Below are positions 9,338 to 18,854 of a stretch of 64,000 nt of DNA, one piece after another. Position 1 is the stretch's first letter, and each line of letters starts with the position of its first letter. The stretch comes from Chitinophaga pinensis. Its GTDB lineage: Bacteria; Bacteroidota; Bacteroidia; Palsa-965. The translations under genes and the position numbers were made by a program. The stretch lies in assembly GCA_943372645.1 (NCBI GenBank), contig CALRZN010000005.1:202057-266056 (forward strand), written 5' to 3'. Under the pieces are notes generated by a model. The model searched no databases. It was not told the origin of the DNA and saw nothing but the letters and a program-made list of their open reading frames with translations.

Positions 9338-12300
9338 ATGATAAGAAAATTGCTGTTTTCGGCCGCGGGTTTAATGGCGGTTCAGATACTTGTGGCGCAG
9401 CCCACTTTTCCGGTGGATGGTGTGGCCGACAAAAATCACAACTACAAAGCATTTACCAATGTACGGATCCAGGTTGACCCGGAAACGGTGATTGAAAAAG
9501 GAACCCTGCTTGTGAAAGACGGGCTGGTGGTGGATGCAGCAGCATCCGTTGCGCTTCCTCCCGGTACAGTGGTGTACGATCTTTCGGGTAAAACCATTTA
9601 TCCCGGACTGATTGATGCCTATACGTCGTACGGCATGCCCGAAGTAAAACGTGCACCCGGCGAACGTGGTCCGCAATACGAAACCAAAACACGCGGTGCT
9701 TACAGCTGGAACCAGGCACTGAAACCGGAAACGGAAGCGTACCGCCTGTTTGCAGTTAACGATAAATCAGCGGACGAACTGCGTAATGCCGGGTTTACTT
9801 CGGTGATGACTTTTCAGCGCGACGGCATTGCGCGTGGTTCGGCCACCGTGGTTGCACTGAACACTGCTCCGGAACAAACCGTGATTCTGAAAGACCGTGC
9901 AGCAGCGTGTTTGTCATTCGACCGCGGCACATCTACACAGGAGTACCCGTCATCGCTGATGGGCGCCATTGCCCTGCTGCGCCAGTCGTACCTGGATGCG
10001 GCCTGGTACAAAACCACGACCGACAAAAAAGAATACAACATTTCTATTGAAGCATGGAACAACAACGCTTCGCTTCCGCAGATTTTTGAAACAAGCAACA
10101 AACTGAATACGCTGCGCGCCGATAAAATAGGTGATGAGTTTAAAGTGCAGTACATCTTCAAAGGCAGCGGCACCGAATACCAGCGCATTGATGAAATAAA
10201 AGCTACGAACGGCAAATTCATTCTCCCGCTCAATTTTCCGATGGCGTATGATGTGGAAGATCCGTTTGAAGCGAACCTCGTTTCCTACGCCGATCTGAAG
10301 CACTGGGAGTTTGCGCCCCTCAACCCGGCCGCACTCGAACAGAACGGCATCACCTTCGCACTTACCACCAGCGACCTGCGCGATAAAAAAGAATTCTGGA
10401 AAAACCTGCGGAAAGCCGTGCAATACGGACTTACTGAAAAAACAGCGCTGAAGGCACTTACGGTTGTTCCTGCACAGATGCTGGGCATCAGCGATAAAGC
10501 CGGTGCACTGAAAAAAGGAATGATCGCCAGCTTTATCATCACTTCCGGAAATCTGTTCAACGACAAAACCGTAATTTTTGAAACCTGGGTGCAGGGCAAA
10601 CAATATGTGGTGAACGAAATGAGTCCGCTGGATGTGCGCGGCACTTACGACATGAAAGCCGGCGACAAAGCATACACACTTAAAATTGCCGGTGAAGCGG
10701 AAAAACCGAAAGGCAACCTGATGAAAGGCGATTCGGCAAAAGAAGCGGTGAGCATTTCGCGCATCGGCAATTCCGTTACGTTATCATTTACGCCGAAAGG
10801 CGACGACGGTGTGATCCGCCTGAACGGCAACTTTGATCCCGCCGCGAAAAAAATTACAGGCCGCGGACAACTTGCAGACGGAACGTGGATTGACTGGAAC
10901 GCTTCGCAAACCGCTGTGTTTATTGCCGAAGTGGCCAAGCCGGATACGGCACGTCCCGAAATTCCTTCGCTGAAAGATGTACCGTATCCGTTTAATGCCT
11001 ACGGCAAACCGAAAGAAGATCCGAACCTGATTGAGAAACTGAAAAACCGCTACGATGCAGTACTTATTAAAGACGTAACGGTATGGACCAACGAAGCCGA
11101 CGGTGTGCTTGCTGACAAAGACGTTTATATTACCGAAGGACGCATTGTAAGCATCGGCGATAACATTACACCCACCAAGGGCGTTTTTGCAAAAGTGATT
11201 GACGGCAAAGGCAAACACCTTACCGCTGGTATAATTGATGAACATTCGCACATTGCGGTGAACGGCGACGTGAACGAAGGTTCGCAGGTTTCCAGCGCCG
11301 AAGTACGCATCGGTGATGTGGTGAACTGCGACGACATCAACATCTACCGCCAGCTGGCCGGCGGGGTTACTGCTGCACAACTGCTGCACGGTTCATCCAA
11401 CCCGATCGGCGGACAATCAGCACTCATCAAACTGCGCTGGGGTAAGGCGCCGGAGGAAATGAAAATTGCAGGCGCTGACGGGTTCATCAAATTTGCACTC
11501 GGTGAAAACGTAAAACAGTCGAACTGGGGCGATGATTACAACATCCGTTTTCCGCAGTCGCGCATGGGTGTGGAGCAGGTGTACTATGATCAGTTCACCC
11601 GCGCCCGAGAGTACGACGAACTGATGAAGAACTGGAAAACACTCAACGCAAAAGTAAAACAGCCCATCCCGATGCCGCGCCGCGACCTCGACCTGGAAGC
11701 GCTGGCCGAAATTCTGAACAACAAACGTTTTATCACCTGCCACTCATATGTGCAGAGCGAAGTGAACATGCTGATGCACGTGGCCGATTCCATGAACTTC
11801 CGCGTGAATACCTTCACACACATCCTCGAAGGTTACAAGGTGGCCGATAAGATGAAAGCACACGGTGTAGCTGCATCGTCGTTCTCCGACTGGTGGGCGT
11901 ACAAAATGGAAGTGATGGATGCCACGCCTTATAACGGTGCGTTACTGCACAATGCCGGGATCGTTACCGGTTTCAATTCCGACGATGCCGAAATGGCGCG
12001 CCGCCTGAACCAGGAAGCCGCCAAAGCAGTGAAGTACGGCAACGTACCGGAACCCGAAGCGATGAAGTTTGTAACGCTGAACCCCGCCATTATGCTGCAC
12101 CTTGATAAACGCATGGGCAGTATTAAAGTAGGCAAAGAAGGCGACGTGGTGCTGTGGAATGACAACCCGCTTTCCGTTTATGCCAAAGTAGAAAAAACGC
12201 TGGTGGATGGCATTGTATATTACGATGCAGAAGACGATGCAAAAATGCGCGAAGAAATCCGCAAAGAACGTGCACGCCTCATCCAGAAAATGATTGCGGA

Positions 12301-12397
12301 GAAAAACGGGGGCGCGCCCACCCAGCGCCCCCGCGCAAAACAGCCGCGCGAACAGCATTGCGATACGATGTCGGACGATTATATGATGGAGGACTGA
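9338..12397 (+). CDS. Secreted amidohydrolase-family protein (large, approximately 1019 aa)
   Basis: Signal peptide plus metal-dependent amidohydrolase motifs (IDEHSHIAVNGD, HGSSNPIGG, FNSDDAE). Confidence 0.85.
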   Translation: MIRKLLFSAAGLMAVQILVAQPTFPVDGVADKNHNYKAFTNVRIQVDPETVIEKGTLLVKDGLVVDAAASVALPPGTVVYDLSGKTIYPGLIDAYTSYGMPEVKRAPGERGPQYETKTRGAYSWNQALKPETEAYRLFAVNDKSADELRNAGFTSVMTFQRDGIARGSATVVALNTAPEQTVILKDRAAACLSFDRGTSTQEYPSSLMGAIALLRQSYLDAAWYKTTTDKKEYNISIEAWNNNASLPQIFETSNKLNTLRADKIGDEFKVQYIFKGSGTEYQRIDEIKATNGKFILPLNFPMAYDVEDPFEANLVSYADLKHWEFAPLNPAALEQNGITFALTTSDLRDKKEFWKNLRKAVQYGLTEKTALKALTVVPAQMLGISDKAGALKKGMIASFIITSGNLFNDKTVIFETWVQGKQYVVNEMSPLDVRGTYDMKAGDKAYTLKIAGEAEKPKGNLMKGDSAKEAVSISRIGNSVTLSFTPKGDDGVIRLNGNFDPAAKKITGRGQLADGTWIDWNASQTAVFIAEVAKPDTARPEIPSLKDVPYPFNAYGKPKEDPNLIEKLKNRYDAVLIKDVTVWTNEADGVLADKDVYITEGRIVSIGDNITPTKGVFAKVIDGKGKHLTAGIIDEHSHIAVNGDVNEGSQVSSAEVRIGDVVNCDDINIYRQLAGGVTAAQLLHGSSNPIGGQSALIKLRWGKAPEEMKIAGADGFIKFALGENVKQSNWGDDYNIRFPQSRMGVEQVYYDQFTRAREYDELMKNWKTLNAKVKQPIPMPRRDLDLEALAEILNNKRFITCHSYVQSEVNMLMHVADSMNFRVNTFTHILEGYKVADKMKAHGVAASSFSDWWAYKMEVMDATPYNGALLHNAGIVTGFNSDDAEMARRLNQEAAKAVKYGNVPEPEAMKFVTLNPAIMLHLDKRMGSIKVGKEGDVVLWNDNPLSVYAKVEKTLVDGIVYYDAEDDAKMREEIRKERARLIQKMIAEKNGGAPTQRPRAKQPREQHCDTMSDDYMMED

Positions 12398-12401
12398 ACC
12401 G

Positions 12402-13706
12402 ATGAAAACGATTAAAACATTCGCAGCCGCGTTACTGCTTGTTAACGCCACCGCCTTTGCCCAGCAGCCCATACCTGCAAAACCGCAAACAAAAAGCATC
12501 CTGCTGATGAACGGCATTGCACATGTCGGAAACGGCAAGGTGTTCGACAATTCGGTAATCGGACTGAAGGACGGAAAAATTGTGATGATAGCCGATGCGC
12601 GCGTGGTACGCATTGATGTGAGCAAATGGGATACGGTAATCAATATCCCCGGAAAACATGTGTATCCCGGCATTATTGCAACCAACTCCACCATGGGTTT
12701 ACAGGAATGTGAATCGGTGCGTGCAACGCGTGACCAGTACGAAGTTGGTATGTACAACCCGGAAGTACGTTCCATCATTGCGTACAACACCGATTCAAAA
12801 ATACAGCCCACGGTGCGCACAAACGGCGTGCTGCTGGCCCAGATCACCCCGCGCGGCGGCCGCATCAGCGGAACATCGTCGGTGGTGGAACTCGACGGCT
12901 GGAACTGGGAAGACGCCACGTATAAAATGGACGACGGCGTTCACGTAAACTGGCCTTCGGTGGTGGCACGCAATTTCGACAGTCCGCCCTTTGCGCTGGA
13001 GAAAAGTAAAACCTACGAAACCGAACTGCGCGAACTCGAAGATTTTTTCCGCGAAGCGAAAGCATATACCGCAAACAGCAAACCGGAAGAAAAGAACCTG
13101 CGCTATGAAGCGATGAAAGGCATTTTTGACGGCAGCAAAACATTATTCCTGCGCGCCGATTATGTAAAAGAAATTACCGAGGCCGTTGCCTTCTCAAAAA
13201 AAATGGGCATCACGCGCATGGTGATTGTGGGCGGCCGCGACAGCTGGCAGTGCACCACGCTGCTGAAAGAAAACAACATCGCGGTAATGATCGGCCGCCC
13301 GCACGACCTGCCGCCGACAGCCGATTCGGATGTGGATCAGCCGTATAAAACGCCGGCCATGCTGCAGAAAGCCGGCGTGCTCTTCTGCATCCAGAACGAA
13401 GGCGACCAGGAAACACACCAGACACGCAACCTCGCGTTTCTTGCAGGAACAGCTTCAGCCTATGGCATGACAAAAGAAGAAGCACTTGCGGCCATTACAT
13501 CAAATCCGGCAAAAATTCTGGGCATTGATAAAACCGTGGGCACACTGGAAGAAGGTAAAGACGCCACGCTGTTCATCAGCACCGGCGATGCGCTGGATAT
13601 GCGAACCAATAACGTAGAACTCGCATTCATCCGCGGCAAAAAATTACAACTCACGAACGAACAGATGCGCCTGTACGAAACGTATAAAAAGAAATACGGG
13701 CAGTAA
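12402..13706 (+). CDS. Secreted amidohydrolase-family protein (434 aa)
   Basis: Signal peptide MKTIKTFAAALLLVNATAFAQ with an amidohydrolase fold. It starts 5 nt after the preceding paralogue, so the two are probably an operon. Confidence 0.85.
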   Translation: MKTIKTFAAALLLVNATAFAQQPIPAKPQTKSILLMNGIAHVGNGKVFDNSVIGLKDGKIVMIADARVVRIDVSKWDTVINIPGKHVYPGIIATNSTMGLQECESVRATRDQYEVGMYNPEVRSIIAYNTDSKIQPTVRTNGVLLAQITPRGGRISGTSSVVELDGWNWEDATYKMDDGVHVNWPSVVARNFDSPPFALEKSKTYETELRELEDFFREAKAYTANSKPEEKNLRYEAMKGIFDGSKTLFLRADYVKEITEAVAFSKKMGITRMVIVGGRDSWQCTTLLKENNIAVMIGRPHDLPPTADSDVDQPYKTPAMLQKAGVLFCIQNEGDQETHQTRNLAFLAGTASAYGMTKEEALAAITSNPAKILGIDKTVGTLEEGKDATLFISTGDALDMRTNNVELAFIRGKKLQLTNEQMRLYETYKKKYGQ

Positions 13707-13729
13707 GCGCAAACAGAATAAAACAAAAA

Positions 13730-14161
13730 GTGGAACTGTATCAGGTTCCTCTTTTTAATATACAGCAGAACGTGATTTCAAAAATCAGCACGACCGCCGG
13801 TGTGTTAACGCTGCAGTTCCTTTTACTGATCAGTTTTTTTGAACTGGTATTGGGCCAAAAAAATGAGGTACTGCTTCCCGGGTTTTGTTTGCTGAATATA
13901 CCGTTAACATTGGTGCTGCTGATATTAACTCTCCGGGGAATCCGGATCAAAAAGGCATTGCTGCTGTTCTGGTTTTTGGGATTGCTGCCTTATGTTATTT
14001 TTGTTATGCCTCTGTTGCTTCGTAATCTATTCAGTACTGATGAGGTGATGCATCCGATCCGGTTATTTATCCAGTTCAGTTGTTTTTTCATTTCAGCCGG
14101 TTGTCTGTTGCGGGAAGTATATATGCAGTTCATTCGCCGTCAGCGGAACAGCGCGGTATAA
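13730..14161 (+). CDS. Hypothetical small polytopic membrane protein
   Basis: Hydrophobic ORF with lower GC than its neighbours and no recognisable family. It may be non-coding. Confidence 0.3.
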   Translation: MELYQVPLFNIQQNVISKISTTAGVLTLQFLLLISFFELVLGQKNEVLLPGFCLLNIPLTLVLLILTLRGIRIKKALLLFWFLGLLPYVIFVMPLLLRNLFSTDEVMHPIRLFIQFSCFFISAGCLLREVYMQFIRRQRNSAV

Positions 14162-14183
14162 CCAAACAAACTGTTAACGAAGT

Positions 14184-15626
14184 TTACGGTTCTGTCGGGC
14201 AATCATCCACGCCGCCGCGTTTGCCCTTGGTGCGGCCTTTGCCGTTTCCTTTGCGTACCGGGAACAGCGGCACTTTCAGCAGGAAGTATGCATCCGCACT
14301 GTGAAACTTTTTGTTTTTAAACGCCCACATCAGGATGTCGTTTGTGCCCACCACCAGTGGCCCCACGCGCACACCGGTACCGAGTGTAAGGTTACCAAGG
14401 CGCGAAAACGAAAGTGGTGTCCACACGCCCAGCCAGCGCGCATCCCAGCGGGGTGTTACGGTGAGCCGGGTCAGTTCATGTACTTTTTTGCCATCGTTGC
14501 CGCGCAGGTAAATGGCTGAAAACGTAGAGCCGTTTACATACAGATTTTTCCGGATGCGGTAATCGAAGTTGGCGTTAAACGCAAGCGGCAGGCGCATCCA
14601 CAGGTGTTCGCCGGATTCGCGGCCGGTTACAAAATCATCGAAGGTGGCATTTACCGGCGTAGGCGCAGTAGCATCGAGGGCGTCATCATCAATGTCCCAG
14701 TTCTGCGAATTGGCGGTGTAATGATCGCTCAGTTGCCCTTTGCGGAAATGGATAATGCCAAGATCAGTAAGCGATAAACCGATGCGGTACAGGTACTCTT
14801 CACGGTTGCGGATTCCCGGCCAGGGGCGTGGATTTTTCGATTCCTTATCACGTTCCTGTAATTCTTCCGGGCGGTGTTCGTAAATCAGGCCGGCATCAGC
14901 ACCAAGGCCGGGGTTAAATCCAAACGAATACGATCCGGGATTAAAACCGATGTTGTCGGAATGCCCGAAATTAAGATCGGCAGCCGGCATAATAACCGTG
15001 CTATCGCTTGTAAATTCGTAACTCAGGTTGTTTACAAACGCATACATCGCACCCGCACCGAGCAAAAATTTAGGCCGTGCACCAACCGCTACAAAATGTT
15101 CTGCCCCTTTAAAAATGGTACGTGCATACGTGCCGCCGATTTCAAACCAGCTGAGCCCGGTAATGCCGATGTGTTTGTTTTTAAAGGGCTTATAATAATC
15201 GGGTGCTTCAAACTCGTTGATAAGGATGTGCGCCAGTGGTTGCCCCACGCCATCAACGTTTACGTACGTTCGCATTTTCAGATCAACGCCCCAGCCGTAT
15301 TTGTCGTTTGAAAACATAACGCCCGGCAATAAAATTTCGTTGCGGAAAAACACGGCTTTTTTGGTGCTGCGCTCGCGTTTGTATAAATCGGCCGACGTAA
15401 TACCAGGCTGGTTCAGCATCGAGCGTTTAAATCCCACGTAATTGTTTGCGGCCTCCACGCTGGCGCCGACAAGCAAAATATCAAGGCTGTAGTTGTTGTC
15501 GGCTACCGTGGCCGGGTTGTAGGAGGCACCGGCAATACCGGCGTAATTGCTGTAACTGTAGCCCAGGTAATCCTGCGCAGAAAGTGAAACAGAAAGCAGC
15601 AGCGCTGCAGACAGGAGAATACGCAT
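14184..15626 (-). CDS. Putative outer-membrane beta-barrel protein of unknown function
   Basis: Signal peptide MRILLSAALLLSVSLSAQ (start trimmed to 15626) and a Gly/aromatic-rich amphipathic strand pattern. Family assignment (DUF5723-like?) is uncertain. Confidence 0.65.
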   Translation of the reverse strand: MRILLSAALLLSVSLSAQDYLGYSYSNYAGIAGASYNPATVADNNYSLDILLVGASVEAANNYVGFKRSMLNQPGITSADLYKRERSTKKAVFFRNEILLPGVMFSNDKYGWGVDLKMRTYVNVDGVGQPLAHILINEFEAPDYYKPFKNKHIGITGLSWFEIGGTYARTIFKGAEHFVAVGARPKFLLGAGAMYAFVNNLSYEFTSDSTVIMPAADLNFGHSDNIGFNPGSYSFGFNPGLGADAGLIYEHRPEELQERDKESKNPRPWPGIRNREEYLYRIGLSLTDLGIIHFRKGQLSDHYTANSQNWDIDDDALDATAPTPVNATFDDFVTGRESGEHLWMRLPLAFNANFDYRIRKNLYVNGSTFSAIYLRGNDGKKVHELTRLTVTPRWDARWLGVWTPLSFSRLGNLTLGTGVRVGPLVVGTNDILMWAFKNKKFHSADAYFLLKVPLFPVRKGNGKGRTKGKRGGVDDCPTEP

Positions 15627-15769
15627 AGCAATGAAACGCTGTTTGTTAGCGGAAATGTATATCAGATCCGGAAAATCAGTACGAAAGTTAACGGAAATAG
15701 TTCTACCGCGTTGAAAAATCGGCCGAAAGCATTGCATCTTTGTACCGTAACCATTAAAAACCGTGTTCC

Positions 15770-16450
15770 ATGACCTTGCCGAATGAATCCATCGGGTTTT
15801 TGAAAAAACTGGCGAAGAACAACAACCGCGACTGGTTCAATGCACATAAAGACGAATACGAAATGGCCCGTGCACAGGCTATCGCGTTTACGGATGCCGT
15901 GCTTCACCACATGCGCACGCACGACCACATTGAAACCGAAACCGGCAAACAAAGCCTGTTCCGCATTTACCGCGATATCCGTTTTTCAAAAGACAAAACG
16001 CCATATCAAATTTGCTGGCACGGCTATTTCAAACGCGCAACAAAACAACTGCGCGGCGGTTATTATTTTCACCTTGCGCCGGGAAATACCTACCTCGCCG
16101 GTGGTTTCTGGGGACCGAACAAAGACGATCTCGCCCGCATCCGCCAGGACATTGACTATAACCACGAAGCATGGCGCAAAATGCTTGCGAACAAAAAAAT
16201 CACAACTACGTTCGGCAAACTGCGCGGCGAACAACTGAAAACCGCGCCCCAGGGTTTTCCGAAAGACCATGAGGCAGTTGACCTGCTGCGTTACAAACAG
16301 TTTTTCCTGCGCCACGATTTTTCCGATAAAGAATTATTGGCACCGGGGTTTGACAAAACAATGAGCAATACGTTTAAAAACCTCCGCCCGTTTTTCGATC
16401 ACATGAGCGAGGTGCTTACTACCGATGCGAATGGGATTCCCCTTTATTGA
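15770..16450 (+). CDS. DUF2461 (TIGR02453) family protein
   Basis: FLKKLAKNNNRDWFNAHKDEYE...FRIYRDIRFSKDKTPYK is characteristic. Confidence 0.75.
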   Translation: MTLPNESIGFLKKLAKNNNRDWFNAHKDEYEMARAQAIAFTDAVLHHMRTHDHIETETGKQSLFRIYRDIRFSKDKTPYQICWHGYFKRATKQLRGGYYFHLAPGNTYLAGGFWGPNKDDLARIRQDIDYNHEAWRKMLANKKITTTFGKLRGEQLKTAPQGFPKDHEAVDLLRYKQFFLRHDFSDKELLAPGFDKTMSNTFKNLRPFFDHMSEVLTTDANGIPLY

Positions 16451-16463
16451 AAGTGGGTTAAAA

Positions 16464-16577
16464 TATTAACCACAAAGTCCACTAAGGCATGCACAAAGAC
16501 CACCATGTAATCCTTTGTGTACTTTGTGCAAACCTTTGTGTGCGCGGTGGGATGTGATAGGGGCCTTTGTGGTTAGC
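16464..16577. repeat. Nested imperfect palindrome built from CACAAAG/CTTTGTG heptamer units (intergenic repeat element R9)
   Basis: Outer inverted repeat ttaaccacaaag/ctttggtt-like (aaccacaaag...ctttgtggtt), an inner gcacaaag...ctttgtgc, and a direct repeat cctttgtgtactttgtgcaaacctttgtg. It lies between convergent genes. Confidence 0.55.
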
Positions 16578-16610
16578 GAAGTGATAGTACAGTTCCGCAA
16601 TCTTGAAGAA

Positions 16611-17810
16611 CTACCCTTTCATCGTATTCAGAAAAGCCGCCAGCTGAAACCCCATGCTGAAACAGCCCTGCAGCAGATAGCCGCCGGTGGGCGCATCCCA
16701 GTCGAGCATTTCGCCGATGGCATAACTGCCGTGCAGGTTTTTTAATTCAAACTGCTTATTGATCGCCGTAAGCGGCAAACCGCCAACGGTTGAAATGGCA
16801 TCTTCCACGGGTCCGGTTGCAGTAACGGTAAGTTCAAACTGTTTGATGGCTTTTCCGAGCGCAATATTATCGAGAAAATCGTCTTTGGTAAGATGTGTTT
16901 TCAGCAGCTGAATGGCGACGTTTGATAAACCAAGATTCCGCAAAATATCCGCACGCGATTTTTTGGAAAGGCGCCGAAACGTGATATCAATTTCTTCTGC
17001 ATCGCGGTTGGGTTGCAAATCAACAAACAATGTGGCGTGTCCTTTTTCCTTCAGCTGTTTGCGTATGTTGCCTGCATGAAAATACACCGGGCTGCCTTCC
17101 ACGCCGGTGGCTTTAATTACCACATCGCCGCGCCGTGAAGCATTGCCGCAGGTGAGTGTAACGCCTTTCAATACCTGTCCTTCTGCGGCAGTTACAAAAG
17201 CAGGCGGCCACGTAATATGCACGGCGCAGTTAGATGCTTCAAATGGCAGACACGTTATGCCACGCGCCTCAAACAAGGTTGTCCATGCACCGTCGGCACC
17301 GGTTACAGGCCAGCTTGCACCACCCAATGCAAAAACCGTGATGTCTGTTTCAATAGCAACCGATTCACCACTTTTAGTTTGAAACAGCAGCTGCCCGTTT
17401 TCGTTCCAGCCGGTCCACGTATGGTTTTTATGAATCACCACGTTATTTTTCTCCGCGGCTTCCACGATGTGGTTCAGCACATCAATCGGTTTAATGTCTT
17501 CGTCAGGAAAAATGCGTTTACTGCTGCCCATGTACGTAGGCACACCCAGTTCGCCCAGCCACGCGCACAGGTCGGTTGGTGTAAACGCGCGTATCACCGG
17601 ATCCATAAATGTTTTCGGAGTGTAGCGCGAAATAAAATCACGCAGTTCTTCGCCATGCGTCAGGTTCAGCCCGCCATCGCCCGCCACCAGGAACTTCCGA
17701 CCGGGTGCTGCATTTTTTTCATACATCGTTACGGCATACCGTGACGTATCTATATGTGCAGCAAAAATTAAAGCCGCGGGTCCGGTTCCGATGATGGTGA
17801 TTTTTTTCAT
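16611..17810 (-). CDS. NAD(P)/FAD-dependent oxidoreductase (HI0933/BaiN-like flavoprotein)
   Basis: MKKITIIGTGPAALIFAA... Rossmann GxGxxG motif. Start trimmed to 17810. Confidence 0.8.
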   Translation of the reverse strand: MKKITIIGTGPAALIFAAHIDTSRYAVTMYEKNAAPGRKFLVAGDGGLNLTHGEELRDFISRYTPKTFMDPVIRAFTPTDLCAWLGELGVPTYMGSSKRIFPDEDIKPIDVLNHIVEAAEKNNVVIHKNHTWTGWNENGQLLFQTKSGESVAIETDITVFALGGASWPVTGADGAWTTLFEARGITCLPFEASNCAVHITWPPAFVTAAEGQVLKGVTLTCGNASRRGDVVIKATGVEGSPVYFHAGNIRKQLKEKGHATLFVDLQPNRDAEEIDITFRRLSKKSRADILRNLGLSNVAIQLLKTHLTKDDFLDNIALGKAIKQFELTVTATGPVEDAISTVGGLPLTAINKQFELKNLHGSYAIGEMLDWDAPTGGYLLQGCFSMGFQLAAFLNTMKG

Positions 17811-17922
17811 GCCGCGAAGGTAGTGGGAAAAGCGGAAAGCAGATGTCAAACCGATTGCAGAACATCCAAATTAAAACGGCTGCCCTTATTCAGAACAGCC
17901 GTTTTAAACACGTGTTTATTTT

Positions 17923-18354
17923 CTACGGATTAATCGTACATCCGAAGGGTGTCCACGTCATAAAAATGGATGAACAGGGGGCAGAATTCGGAAACATGCC
18001 GGATGCATTTGCAGAAGTTGTATTTGAAGCAACACCATTCGAATAAGGTGGCTTGCAAATAAATCCTTGATTATTCACCTGCAGCAGGTTCAGTTCAATA
18101 TCTGCTGTTTCGCACCCGGCAGGAAATTCGGCACAACTGATAATATAAGTTCCGTAAGGAGGGATTGTTACAATATTCGTATAGGAACCACAACCCGGTC
18201 CGAAAATACTGTACTGAATATCAATCGGGCAGGCGAGGTTGTTTGTAATGGTGTAAGGGCAGCTGGCCTGCGCTTTTGCGGTGTTAGGCATGGTCATCGC
18301 AATCAAAAACAGCAGCATGGAAGCCACAGCGGTTTTTATAAGTTTTGTTTTCAT
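17923..18354 (-). CDS. Small secreted cysteine-rich protein (8 Cys in an approximately 114 aa mature part), unknown function
   Basis: Signal peptide MKTKLIKTAVASMLLFLIAMTMPNTAKAQ. No recognisable family. Confidence 0.55.
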   Translation of the reverse strand: MKTKLIKTAVASMLLFLIAMTMPNTAKAQASCPYTITNNLACPIDIQYSIFGPGCGSYTNIVTIPPYGTYIISCAEFPAGCETADIELNLLQVNNQGFICKPPYSNGVASNTTSANASGMFPNSAPCSSIFMTWTPFGCTINP

Positions 18355-18443
18355 GATGTATAGGTTTTATGGTTTAATGATTTGAAAGGTAATTAAAAAA
18401 TTGAAATAGAGTTAATATAAAATGATTCTGAACGAAAAAAATA

Positions 18444-18464
18444 AGGGTATATGTTTAGTAAGTG
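18444..18464 (-). repeat. 20/21-nt duplicate of the tRNA-Phe 3' end (possible att-site remnant)
   Basis: tttagtaagtggatcggggcc compared with tttagtaagtggttcggggcg at 18646-18665. Confidence 0.4.
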
Positions 18465-18618
18465 GATCGGGGCCAGGCGTTAAGAAAATGTCCAGCCAGC
18501 CTGCCAACGCGGAGGCCAGCGCCCCGGCAGACAAGTGGACATTTTTAGCGCGAAGCCGGAATGCAGGGGAGGGTGGAAAAGTAACGAGACGGTTCGATCC
18601 CGCCCGGTGTAAAAAACA

Positions 18619-18650
18619 AAACGGCCTCGCGAAAGCGAGGCCGTTTTTAG
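18619..18650 (-). terminator. Bidirectional intrinsic terminator downstream of tRNA-Phe
   Basis: acggcctcgc-gaaa-gcgaggccgt hairpin flanked by A- and T-tracts. Confidence 0.55.
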
Positions 18651-18654
18651 TAAG

Positions 18655-18727
18655 TGGTTCGGGGCGGAATCGAACCGTCGACACAAGGATTTTCAGTCCT
18701 TTGCTCTACCAACTGAGCTACCGAACC
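18655..18727 (-). tRNA. tRNA-Phe (anticodon GAA)
   Basis: The reverse complement folds as GGTTCGG/TA/GCTC-AGTTGGTA-GAGC/A/AAGGA-CTGAAAA-TCCTT/GTGTC/GACGG-TTCGATT-CCGCC/CCGAACC/A. CCA is not encoded. Confidence 0.9.
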
Positions 18728-18841
18728 AAAAATACACGACTCCACTTACGTGCCCTGAATTTGTCGTTCAGGGCGGCAAATATACAGGAATTTTTAAAAC
18801 CAAAAAATTCATAAAAAAACTTTATTACCCGCCGCCGCCCT

Positions 18842-18849
18842 TACCTTTG
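18842..18849 (+). promoter_or_regulatory. Candidate -7 element TAccTTTG 5 nt upstream of coaX ATG (leaderless transcript?)
   Basis: cttacctttgcccgcATG. Nearly the same arrangement recurs upstream of rbfA. Confidence 0.3.
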
Positions 18850-18854
18850 CCCGC

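Noticed and set aside
10784-12919. 201-aa and 325-aa minus-strand ORFs inside the large amidohydrolase gene
   Set aside because: Antisense shadow ORFs. The sense frame carries the conserved amidohydrolase motifs.
18580-18612. tRNA-like GGTTCGATCC T-arm fragment on the plus strand
   Set aside because: No D-arm, anticodon arm or acceptor pairing could be assembled. It is kept only as supporting context for the att-scar hypothesis.
18412-18814. Several 65-130-aa ORFs around the tRNA-Phe locus
   Set aside because: They overlap the tRNA, its terminator hairpin and the duplicated 3'-end repeat, and are mutually overlapping on both strands. They are non-coding.
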